Of a stretch of 64,000 nt of DNA, positions 9,682 to 18,966 are shown piece by piece. This DNA comes from an uncultured delta proteobacterium. Its GTDB lineage: Bacteria; Desulfobacterota; Binatia; Binatales; Binataceae. The notes under the pieces are model-generated. The model ran no database searches, was not told the origin of the DNA, and saw only the letters and a program-made list of their open reading frames with translations. Location: the NCBI GenBank assembly GCA_963711565.1, contig CAVQEQ010000001.1, positions 992,001-1,056,000 of the forward strand, read 5' to 3'. The first letter of the stretch is position 1. Each line of letters starts with the position of its first letter. A program made the position numbers and the translations under genes.

Positions 9682-11367
9682 ATGAATGCTGGTGACGAGC
9701 TCACCGAGGGCCATCTTCTCGACGGTCGCTACCGCGTCAAGAAGGTCCTTGGCGTCGGCGGGATGGGCCGCGTGTACTTGTCCAACGACACGCGCCTCGC
9801 GAACCGGCCGGTGGCGGTCAAGGAGATGATCGTCGGCGACGGAATCCAGGAGAAAAAAGCGATCGAGGATTTCACCCGCGAGGCCAACGTGCTCGCGCGT
9901 TTATCCCATCCGGGAATTCCGACGCTGATCGATCACTTCGCCGAGAACTCGCGCCAATACCTCGTGATGGAATTTGTCGCGGGCGGCGATTTGCAGGGCG
10001 TGCTCGACAAGCTGGGGCCCAAGGGCAAAGTCGCCGAGGATCGGGTGCTGCGATGGGCGCGACAGATGCTCGACGTGCTCGATTTTCTGCACGGGCAAAA
10101 GCCGTCGATAATTTACCGCGACCTCAAGCCCGGCAATATTATGATCGACAAGGACGGCCGCGCGATGCTGATCGATTTCGGTATCGCGCGCTTCCTGCCG
10201 CCCGGCGGACGCGGCACGCAGATCGGTTCGGTCGGCTACGCTCCGCCCGAGCAGTACATGGGCAAGGTCGAGCCGCGCTCGGACCTCTACTCGCTGGCCG
10301 CCACGATGCATCATCTGTTGAGCGGACGCGATCCGCAGCTCGAGCCGCCGTTCAGCTTTCCTCCCCTGCGCGCGCTCGCGCCCGAAGTTTCGACCAGGAC
10401 CGCCGACACCATCATGCGCGCGCTCGAGCAGGACGTGACCAAGCGGCCGGCGTCGGCGAAAGAAATGAAGCGCGCCCTGCCGGAGCCGCCGCCCGAGAAC
10501 CGGTCGGGACAACTCGGTGGCAGCGCGGGACTGGCGAACACGCCGGCCCCCAGCCCGATGTCCACGCAGTCAACGGTGGTGCTGAAAAGTGCGTCGTTGC
10601 CGGCGGCTGTATCAAAACCGGCGGCGCCGGCATCCTCTATGCCGACGATCGTGCTGAACGAGCCGGTCGCGGAAAAAATCAAAGCTGGCAATGCCGGCAG
10701 CACGGCGGCAAAAATGGTAGCGCCGCAAATCAAAAGAGCGATCGAGCTCGGCGGCAAAGCGCGCAGCATAATCGAGCGGCGGCTCAAAGCGCGGATGTCA
10801 TCGGCGTCGAGCGCGGCGTCGAATTCCTCATCGACGGCGAAAACCAGAGAGCTAAAGCCCGCGGTGCCCGCTTCTTCGTACAAATCGCGGCTCGGCTCGA
10901 CCGGCGATTCGGCGCAGGCTGACACAAAATCGCGGACGGGGTCGCGCTCGTTTTCATCGCGCAATTATTCGCCGCCGATTTCGACTGGCCCCGGCTCGAA
11001 CGGACTGTTCGGCAACAATAACAACGGCGCCGTCGAGATCTCCGCCGCGCCGGCCAGGCTGGTCTCGCGCGGCGATGAAATCGAGTTTGGCATCTTCGGA
11101 ATGCGCACCGTGATCGGACGATCGATGGACGCGACCGACAAGCTCGATATTGATCTGAAAAAGCTTGCGCATGGCGGCGAACGCGTATCGCGGCGTCATG
11201 CGGAGATCGTGCTGCGCGGCGCGGACTATTTTATCCGCGATCTCGGCAGCCTGAACGGCACCTATGTCGCGGGACGCGGCAAGCTCGGACGCGACCAGCT
11301 TTTCAAATTGAAAGATCGCGACCAGGTGGTGCTTGGCGGTGCTATATTGCAGTTTCGGAGAGGCTAG
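9682..11367 (+). CDS. Hanks-type Ser/Thr protein kinase with C-terminal FHA domain
   Basis: LGVGGMGRVY, VAVKE, YRDLKPGN, DFG, APPE; C-terminal IGR..VSRRHA..DLGSLNGT. Confidence 0.93.
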   Translation: MNAGDELTEGHLLDGRYRVKKVLGVGGMGRVYLSNDTRLANRPVAVKEMIVGDGIQEKKAIEDFTREANVLARLSHPGIPTLIDHFAENSRQYLVMEFVAGGDLQGVLDKLGPKGKVAEDRVLRWARQMLDVLDFLHGQKPSIIYRDLKPGNIMIDKDGRAMLIDFGIARFLPPGGRGTQIGSVGYAPPEQYMGKVEPRSDLYSLAATMHHLLSGRDPQLEPPFSFPPLRALAPEVSTRTADTIMRALEQDVTKRPASAKEMKRALPEPPPENRSGQLGGSAGLANTPAPSPMSTQSTVVLKSASLPAAVSKPAAPASSMPTIVLNEPVAEKIKAGNAGSTAAKMVAPQIKRAIELGGKARSIIERRLKARMSSASSAASNSSSTAKTRELKPAVPASSYKSRLGSTGDSAQADTKSRTGSRSFSSRNYSPPISTGPGSNGLFGNNNNGAVEISAAPARLVSRGDEIEFGIFGMRTVIGRSMDATDKLDIDLKKLAHGGERVSRRHAEIVLRGADYFIRDLGSLNGTYVAGRGKLGRDQLFKLKDRDQVVLGGAILQFRRG

Positions 11368-11373
11368 CGGCGC

Positions 11374-13423
11374 ATGATCAAGTGTCCCGAATGCGGCCAG
11401 GAGGCGCCGGACGACGCCAAATTCTGCGATCGATGCGGTCAGGGACTATCCAAGGCGGCATCACCCGCGTATCAATCGATGCCGACGCGGCCGACGCCAC
11501 TGACAGCGGGCATCTCACTCAAAGGCGGTATCGAGATCGTCGCGCTGACGAGTCAGAACGTCGATCGAAAATCGCTATAGTGCGAAGCGCATCCGCGACA
11601 GCAAGACGGAATCGATCGCATTGCGCGAGCGCCTCGGTCCAAATCCGCGTGAAGATGAACTCGAGGAAACGCCCGTCGTCGAGACGCCGACGACGATTCC
11701 GTCGCCTGCCGAAGATCCCAACGGTCCGAGTGCGAAGACAGCGGAACTGAGACCGCCGGCTGCCCAGACCAACGGCGCCGCATCGGCGCCCGCTCACGAG
11801 CATGCTCCGAGTGCGCAGGCGTCGGCGAGCGCGGACGCGTCCGGGGAAGGCGTACAGTCGGTCGAGGCGGATCCAAGTCCGACGGCCACTGCTTTGGCCG
11901 AGGCTGCCGAGAACGCATCTCCCGATGAAGAGAGCGAAGCGGCGGAAGCCGCGGTCGTGGCCGAGACTCAGCAGGATCCCGCGACCGACGATGGCGCGCA
12001 CGACGATGAAGCGCCGATGGTCGGTGAAGATCTTGGCGAGGTCTTCGGGCGCGTGCTCGCGCTGTCGCAGACGATCAGCCATCCCGCGTTTCAGCGCGCG
12101 ACCGAAGGCTTCGCCGAGAACGGGCGCGTGTACCTGGTTTACGCCGACGAGGAACTTAAGCCGCTCCGCCGCGGTTCACAGAAGATGAGCGAGCCGGAAG
12201 CGATCGCGGCCGCCGTACAGGTCTGCCAGGCGATTTCGTTTGCGCATCGCCGCGCGCTGCGGCTCAACGACATCTGCCCGGAATCGGTCGCGGTTGCAAA
12301 AGACGGCCGCATCAAGCTGACGGGGCTCGACTACGTCAGCAACGACAACGAGCTGCAGAGCGAGCCCATTTTCAATGACGGCTACACCGCGCCCGAGATT
12401 TATCGCGGCAAGAAGGTTGACAAGCGGGCCGATATTTTTTCGGCCGGCGCGCTCCTCTACACCTGGCTCACCGGCACGAGGATTCCGAGCGAGAGCTGGC
12501 GCGGGGAGGCGGGACCGGTCCAGTTCTACCCGCCGCACGTCGTCACGCCGCGGCTGGAAAACGCGGTTCGCCGTGCGATCGCTTTTAATCCAGGCGAACG
12601 CTGGGGAACGATCGACGAGTTCAAGGCCGAGCTGATTGCGGTTGGCGCTGCGGTCAGGCTGCGCACGGCCGCGATGACCGACGTTGGGCGGGTGCGCGAG
12701 CATAACGAGGACGCAGTGCTGGCGGTCGATTACGTGCGCGAGTCGTTGCTCGAGCCGGCGCAGAGTCATCTGTACGTTGTCGCGGACGGGATGGGCGGGG
12801 CGGAGGCGGGCGAGATCGCTGCCGCAATTGCCGTCGAAACGATCCGGAGTTACATTGAGTCGCGGCTCGAAACCGCAAGTAGCGATGCTGCCAACGGAGC
12901 GGATATGCTGACCGCCGCACTCGAGGAAGCGAACTCCAAAATTATCGACTACGTCGCCAGCCATCCCGAGTCGCGCGGAATGGGTTCGACCGGTGTCTGC
13001 GCAATCGTCACGCCTGCGGACGCCGCCGTCGCGTGGGTGGGAGACAGCCGCGGGTACCTGATGGAAGGTGCGGCGCTGCGCCAGCTCACGAAGGATCATT
13101 CTCTCGTGCAGCGGCTCGTCGAAATCGGCCAGATAACCGCCGAAGAAGCGCACACGCACGAGCACAAGAACGTAATCACGCGCTCGCTCGGCGCGCGCCA
13201 GAGCGGACCGGCGGGCGCCGAGGCGGTCGCAGTGAAGCTCAAGCGCGGCGACAAGCTGATGCTCTGCAGCGACGGGCTGACGGCGCACGTCATGGATCAT
13301 CAGATCCTCGACATTCTCAGGCGCAATGCGGATCCCTTCGACGCGGCGCGCGAATTAATCGTCGCGGCCAACGCCGGCGGCGGTACCGACAACATTTCAG
13401 TGATCGTAGTCTATGCGAGCTAG
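11374..13423 (+). CDS. Zn-ribbon - pseudokinase - PP2C phosphatase fusion, with a +1 frameshift near 11557
   Basis: ORF 11374-11580 (CPECG..CDRCG) joins ORF ending 13423 if one A is removed at 11557-11558. Degenerate kinase (LNDICPES, GYTAPE); PP2C motifs REHNED, VADGMGG, VGDSR, CSDGL, GGTDNIS. Confidence 0.82.
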
Positions 13424-13459
13424 GCGCGGACGCCGCGCCGGTTTTTTGACGGATTAACG

Positions 13460-15844
13460 ATGGCAACCTCGCCCAAAGACGCGCCGCAGCCGAACACGGG
13501 ACCGCTTGAAGCGGGCACTGTGCTGCAGGGCCGCTACCAGATCCAACGGCTGCTCGGCGGCGGCGGGATGGGCATGGTTTATCTTGCCCACGACCAGCGC
13601 CTGGCGAATCGTCCGTGCGCGATCAAAGAGATGGTCGATCACTTTATCGACCAGGCGCAGCGCATCGAGGCCAACGAATATTTCGCGCGCGAAGCCGACA
13701 CCCTCGCCCAACTGAAGCATCAGGCGATTCCCGCTATCACCGACCGCTTCGAGCTCGCCAATCGCCATTACCTCGTGATGGAGTACGTCGAGGGCCGCAA
13801 CCTCGAGGAGGAACTCGCCGTGCGCGGCGAGCCGCTGCCCGAGGGCCTCGTGATCGATATCGCGCGCCAGTTGTGCGACGTGCTCGTGTACCTGCACGGG
13901 CTGGTGCCGCCGATCATCTACCGCGACATGAAGCCGTCCAACGTGATGCTCAATTCGAACGGGCGGGTCGTGCTGGTGGACTTCGGAATCGCGCGGCTGT
14001 TCAAGGCCGCGCGCAAGGGCACGATGATCGGCACGCTCGGCTTCGCGCCGCCGGAGCAGTACCAGGGTATGGTCGATCCCCGCAGCGACATCTATTCGCT
14101 CGGCGCGACGCTGCATTACGTGCTGACCGGTCGCGATCCCGAAAAATTTCCGCCGTTCAGCTTCCCGCCCGTACGCGACCTGCGCCCGGCCGTGTCGAGC
14201 AACCTGGCCGGCGCGATCGACGCCGCCCTCGCCTACGAGATGGACGGACGGCCCGGGCGCGTCCAGGAATTCCGCGACATGATGCTCTATGGGCGCGGGC
14301 TGTCGTTCGACAGCGGGCGCGTGACCTCGACCAGCGGAACCGGCGGCTTGTCGCAGTACCAGGAACCACTCGAGTTCCAGGACGAGCCGGTCACCTATCG
14401 TAAACCACGGAGCCGCCTCAGCCGCTCGATCGGCCTCGCGATCTTTCTGGTGGTGCTGGCGGGAGCCGCGTTCGGCGGGACCTACCTTTATTCGAGTCCG
14501 CAACTACAGCAGCAGCTCGGACTGAAGCCGCTCTTCGACGGACTGCCGTGGAAGCATGAGGAGTTGCTGGCCAAGGCGCGGGAGAACCCGCTGGAATTCT
14601 CGACGATGACGCTGGCGCTCTCGACCCGCGAGGGCACCGCGCTGGCGGCGCCGCAATCGCAGTTCAACGACACGGATCTGACCAACGCGCGGTATCTCAA
14701 ATGGACCGCAACCTTCAAGAACCTGCTCGCGGGACTCGAAGGGCGCGACGAAAAAGTCGAGGCGCGTTTTTACGATCCCAGTGGGCTGCAGATAGCGACG
14801 AGCGACACCAATATCTTTGTCGGCCCCGCGCAGGATACCGCCGACTTCACCGGCGTGGCGCTGATGCCGACGATGACCGACAAACCGCCCGGCACTTACA
14901 AAATCGCGCTCTACTCGGACGACAAGATGCTGACGCAAGAAAGTTTCATCGTCAATCAGGACACGACCGCGAAGAACGCAGCAGCCGCGGCCGATGCGGC
15001 AGCGGCGGCTGAGGCGAAGGAAGCAGACCGCAAGCGCAAGGAAGACGAGGAACGGATCGCGATGATCGACGAGCGGCGCGCTAAGCCGCTCCAGCTGCGC
15101 GGTATCAACTTTCTAAATACCACCAAGACCGGCACCGCGCTCTCCGGCGCGACCGACTCTTTCGACGTTGCCAAGGTGCTGTTCGTCGGCTGGCAGGTCA
15201 GCTTCGAGAATCGGCTCTACAAGCTCGAGCCGGGCCAGTATCGCGTCAACGCCGCGTATATCGGGCCGGACGGCCGCACGCTCGGCAGTGTCAACGACTA
15301 TCAACCGGTTTCGATGAGCATGAAGACGGTGACGTTCAGCGGACGCGTCGGCAACTCGCGCGGCGGCGCGTTTCTGCCGGGGACCTACACCGTCAACTTT
15401 TATTTGAACGGGCAATATTTCGGCGCCAAGAAATTCGACGTGGTCGCCGACGCCGGCGGCAGTTCGTACGCGACGTATCCGGGCACCAGCGGCGCGATCG
15501 GCAGCACGATGAGCGGCGGCTCAACGTCCTCAGGCAGCATGCTCGGCCCCACGATCGCGACCGGCACTATCAGCGGTCTTCGCAGCGGCGGCAATCCTGA
15601 GATGGAACTGAGACTGCGGCCGCAGCCCAACGGCTTCCTGCACGGCGAACTAGTGATCCATCAGTCGGGCTTTGGGATGACCCCCGTCGAAGGATTCGTG
15701 CGCGGCGACCATCTGCAGTTCCAGGTCCCATACGGCACCGAGACGTATTACTTCGAGGGCCAGCGGAACGCCGATCAGATCAGCGGCACTTTCGAATCGA
15801 CCCCGTCCGGCGAACGCGGCACCTGGGTCACCCAAGCGAACTGA
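13460..15844 (+). CDS. Transmembrane Ser/Thr protein kinase with repeated extracytoplasmic beta domains
   Basis: LGGGGMGMVY, YRDMKPSN, DFG, APPE; TM segment IGLAIFLVVLAGAAFGG; two related C-terminal domains ending PGTY. Confidence 0.92.
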   Translation: MATSPKDAPQPNTGPLEAGTVLQGRYQIQRLLGGGGMGMVYLAHDQRLANRPCAIKEMVDHFIDQAQRIEANEYFAREADTLAQLKHQAIPAITDRFELANRHYLVMEYVEGRNLEEELAVRGEPLPEGLVIDIARQLCDVLVYLHGLVPPIIYRDMKPSNVMLNSNGRVVLVDFGIARLFKAARKGTMIGTLGFAPPEQYQGMVDPRSDIYSLGATLHYVLTGRDPEKFPPFSFPPVRDLRPAVSSNLAGAIDAALAYEMDGRPGRVQEFRDMMLYGRGLSFDSGRVTSTSGTGGLSQYQEPLEFQDEPVTYRKPRSRLSRSIGLAIFLVVLAGAAFGGTYLYSSPQLQQQLGLKPLFDGLPWKHEELLAKARENPLEFSTMTLALSTREGTALAAPQSQFNDTDLTNARYLKWTATFKNLLAGLEGRDEKVEARFYDPSGLQIATSDTNIFVGPAQDTADFTGVALMPTMTDKPPGTYKIALYSDDKMLTQESFIVNQDTTAKNAAAAADAAAAAEAKEADRKRKEDEERIAMIDERRAKPLQLRGINFLNTTKTGTALSGATDSFDVAKVLFVGWQVSFENRLYKLEPGQYRVNAAYIGPDGRTLGSVNDYQPVSMSMKTVTFSGRVGNSRGGAFLPGTYTVNFYLNGQYFGAKKFDVVADAGGSSYATYPGTSGAIGSTMSGGSTSSGSMLGPTIATGTISGLRSGGNPEMELRLRPQPNGFLHGELVIHQSGFGMTPVEGFVRGDHLQFQVPYGTETYYFEGQRNADQISGTFESTPSGERGTWVTQAN

Positions 15845-15918
15845 GGCAGGGGTACCCCCTTCGGTCTCGCTCAGATACTGTAATTGTTAGAGGGCACATC
15901 TGCACCGCCGACATCGCT

Positions 15919-16151
15919 TGTCATCCTGACGAAGCGAGCAACGCGAGCGGCAGGAAGGATCTCGGACAGCGGCGCGCAAGCGCCGCCGGTTCCGGTTTTG
16001 GGTTGCTGCATCCGATGAGAGTTCAAAGGGTCCGCGACCACGTCAACAAAAGGAGCGCTGCGCGATCTCAGAAACCGGTGCCGGCTTCGCGTGCGCGAAG
16101 CTGTCCGAGATCCTTCCTGCCGCTCGCGTTGCTCGCTCTGTCAGGATGACA
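15919..16151. repeat. Long inverted-repeat (REP/MITE-like) element, ~80-bp arms
   Basis: 15919-15998 is the near reverse complement of 16072-16151 (tgtcatcctgac...ggaaggatctcggacagc...ccggttt). Confidence 0.88.
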
Positions 16152-16220
16152 GAAGCGGCACATCCGCGCGGAATTAGCGCTTGAACCTGACTCATGCACG
16201 CGCAATGCTGACGATTGTAC

Positions 16221-17090
16221 ATGGCCAGTAACGTTTCCCGCGAAAAACTGCTCTTCTACGCCGCCGCCGGCGCGCTCGGCGGCTTTGCTGCTTGGGGGCT
16301 CTCGGAGCCAATCCTCGGCATCCGCTGGGTCTACGGCCGCGACATTTTGTTCGGCGCGCTGATCGGCGCTCTAATCAGCGCGTTCCTCGCCTCGATCGAG
16401 ACCCTCAGCGTCGGACAGATGCGCCAGGCTGCGCGCCGATTCGTACTCGGCGGAGCTATCGGCGCGGCGGGCGGAGCGCTTGGACTGATCATCGGCGAAT
16501 TGGCATTCGACATCATCGGCGGCTTCAACGGCCGGATCCTCGGATGGGGCGTGCTCGGAATCGCGGTTGGACTCGGCGTCGGCTCGGCGTCGGGCTCGGC
16601 GGCGCGGCGGCGTAACGGTGCGATCGGCGGAGTGCTCGGCGGCGCGCTCGGTGGATTCTTCTACCAGAGCCTGACGACCACTTTCCCGCAGGCGTTCGGA
16701 CGCGCGATCGCGATCATCATCCTCGGCGCGCTGATCGGATTCTTCATCGGACTCGTCGGCGAACTGCTGAAGCGCGGATGGCTGATGGTCGTGCGCAGCC
16801 AGAGCCGTAACGCGCGCGAGGGCCGCGAATATCCGCTGCTCAAGGGCGTGACGATCATCGGCCGCGCCGAGGAAAGCGACATCGGACTGTTCGGCGATCA
16901 AAGCGTGCTCGGCAGCCATGCGATCATCCGGCGCGAGGGCAAAAATTTCGTCATCAGTCCGACCGGCGGCCAGATATTCGTGAATCGGCAACCGGTCTCC
17001 GGCCGCTACGCGCTCAAGAGCGGCGACCGGCTCGAGGTGGGCGGCACGCTGTTTCTCTTCCGCGAGCGGACCCAGGCGGCGACTCGATAA
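16221..17090 (+). CDS. Gly-rich multi-pass membrane protein with C-terminal FHA-like domain
   Basis: Several Gly-zipper TM helices, then TIIGRAEESDI...HAIIRR...LKSGDRLEVG. Confidence 0.85.
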   Translation: MASNVSREKLLFYAAAGALGGFAAWGLSEPILGIRWVYGRDILFGALIGALISAFLASIETLSVGQMRQAARRFVLGGAIGAAGGALGLIIGELAFDIIGGFNGRILGWGVLGIAVGLGVGSASGSAARRRNGAIGGVLGGALGGFFYQSLTTTFPQAFGRAIAIIILGALIGFFIGLVGELLKRGWLMVVRSQSRNAREGREYPLLKGVTIIGRAEESDIGLFGDQSVLGSHAIIRREGKNFVISPTGGQIFVNRQPVSGRYALKSGDRLEVGGTLFLFRERTQAATR

Positions 17091-17108
17091 GAGGGCTGGG
17101 CAGAGACG

Positions 17109-17876
17109 GTGGGGAGCCTGCATACTTGCCGCCTCGCGCTCCTCGTCACGCTCGCTTCGACATTCATCGCGATGCTCACTGGCTGCTCGACCGTCAACGA
17201 AGGCGGCGGCACAGCCGCGGCGCCTACGACCTCGATCCAGACGCTCGAGTACTACCCGTACCAGGTCAAGGGATACCAAAACAGTTATCCGCGGAAGACC
17301 ATCGTGATCCTGGTGCCTGCCGATGCGCGCGAGGTTACCGGCAACGCGGCGCCGTTGAACGGCAACCCTGCCATCGGAATTATCGTCGATCAATCCGGCA
17401 GCATTACCGAACGATTGTACAGCTCGCCCCTCGGCCCGATCGTGCAAGCGGCGGTCGGCCGCTCCGCCGATGAGGCTGGCCTGAGCGCGTCGTCGTCCAC
17501 CAACGTCACTTACAAACCCGGCGTCAAGAACACCACCGAATACGTGCTCGAGAGCAAGATTAAGCGATGCTGGGTGAAGAAAGAACGCAGCACCAGCGGC
17601 CAGAACGGTCCCATCTGGCGCACGATGGCCGATTTCGCACTCGACATCTCGATCTACAAGCCGCCGTTCAGCGTTCCGTTTTGGACCGGGAGCACCGACG
17701 ACACCTACTTCGACCCGCCGGTCGGCTCGTTCGGCCTCGGCTCCGAGGACGAAGCGGGCATCTACGACGAGCCGGGCCAGGTGATGTCGGTAGCGCTGAC
17801 GCGCACCGTGGCCGCGATTTTCCAGCGCCAAGACTTGCGCAATCTGGTACTCGAAGACGACATAAAATCCCGCTAG
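17109..17876 (+). CDS. Hypothetical lipoprotein
   Basis: Hydrophobic N-terminus ending LTGC (lipobox); genomic codon usage. Confidence 0.7.
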   Translation: MGSLHTCRLALLVTLASTFIAMLTGCSTVNEGGGTAAAPTTSIQTLEYYPYQVKGYQNSYPRKTIVILVPADAREVTGNAAPLNGNPAIGIIVDQSGSITERLYSSPLGPIVQAAVGRSADEAGLSASSSTNVTYKPGVKNTTEYVLESKIKRCWVKKERSTSGQNGPIWRTMADFALDISIYKPPFSVPFWTGSTDDTYFDPPVGSFGLGSEDEAGIYDEPGQVMSVALTRTVAAIFQRQDLRNLVLEDDIKSR

Positions 17877-18035
17877 CTGTGCGGTTCCAGCGCGGTCTTT
17901 GAACAACCGGGATGTTGGAATAGCCTAGATCGAGCGCCGGATCGTCAGATGCCGAGGCGTGCGCGGGTGCGTATCCCCGCCGAGCGGCCGCAAATCCGGA
18001 TCGTATCGTTGTATGCCAAGAGGAAGGCACACTTG

Positions 18036-18941
18036 ATGGAAATCGGATTCGTTGGTCTCGGCAAAATGGGCATGAACATGGTCGAACGGCTGCGGCGCGA
18101 CAATCATCAGATCGTCGCCTTCGACCTCGACGATGCGAAACGCAAAGAGGTCTCGACCTTCGGCGCCGACGGCGTCGGTTCGCTCAAGGACCTCGTCGCC
18201 CGGCTCAAGCCGCCGCGTGGCGTATGGGTGATGGTGCCCGCGGGCGATCCGACCGAGAGCACGATCAACCAACTGGCGGAGCTGCTCGAGCCCGGCGACG
18301 CGATCATCGACGGCGGCAATACCAACTTTCACGACAACGTCCGCCGCGCCGCCATGCTCGCCGCGAAGAAGCTGCATCTCGTCGATGCCGGCACCAGCGG
18401 CGGCATCTGGGGCCTCAAGCTCGGCTATTGCCTGATGATCGGCGGCGAAGTGGAAATTTTCCGGCGCTACGAACCGATCTTCCAAACGCTCGCGCCGGCC
18501 GACGGCTACGATCACGTCGGCGGCCATGGCGCGGGCCATTACGTGAAGATGGTCCACAACGGAATCGAGTACGGGCTGATGCAGGCTTATGCCGAGGGCT
18601 TCGAGGCGATGCACAAGTCGGACTACAAGCTCGACTTGACGAAGATCGCGAAGCTCTGGCGCCAGGGCAGCGTCGTGCGCTCATGGCTCCTGGAGCTGAC
18701 GGCCAACGCACTCGAAAAAGATCCGGGCCTCAAGCAGATCCGCGGCTACGTCGAGGATTCGGGCGAGGGCCGCTGGGCCGTGCAGGACGCAATCGACAAA
18801 AACATCTCGATGCCGGTGATCACGATGGCGCTGTTTACGCGCTTTCGCTCGCGCGCCGACAAGGGCGGAGGAACCTTCGGCGAGAAATTGCTCGCCGCCC
18901 TTCGCGACGAGTTCGGCGGCCACGGCGTCGTCAAGGAATAA
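18036..18941 (+). CDS. gnd: Decarboxylating 6-phosphogluconate dehydrogenase (short YqeC type)
   Basis: IGFVGLGKMG, DGGN, DAGTSGG, YVKMVHNGIEYG, FGGH. Confidence 0.95.
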   Translation: MEIGFVGLGKMGMNMVERLRRDNHQIVAFDLDDAKRKEVSTFGADGVGSLKDLVARLKPPRGVWVMVPAGDPTESTINQLAELLEPGDAIIDGGNTNFHDNVRRAAMLAAKKLHLVDAGTSGGIWGLKLGYCLMIGGEVEIFRRYEPIFQTLAPADGYDHVGGHGAGHYVKMVHNGIEYGLMQAYAEGFEAMHKSDYKLDLTKIAKLWRQGSVVRSWLLELTANALEKDPGLKQIRGYVEDSGEGRWAVQDAIDKNISMPVITMALFTRFRSRADKGGGTFGEKLLAALRDEFGGHGVVKE

Positions 18942-18966
18942 GTGCTAGAGGGTTAAAGTTATTCTT

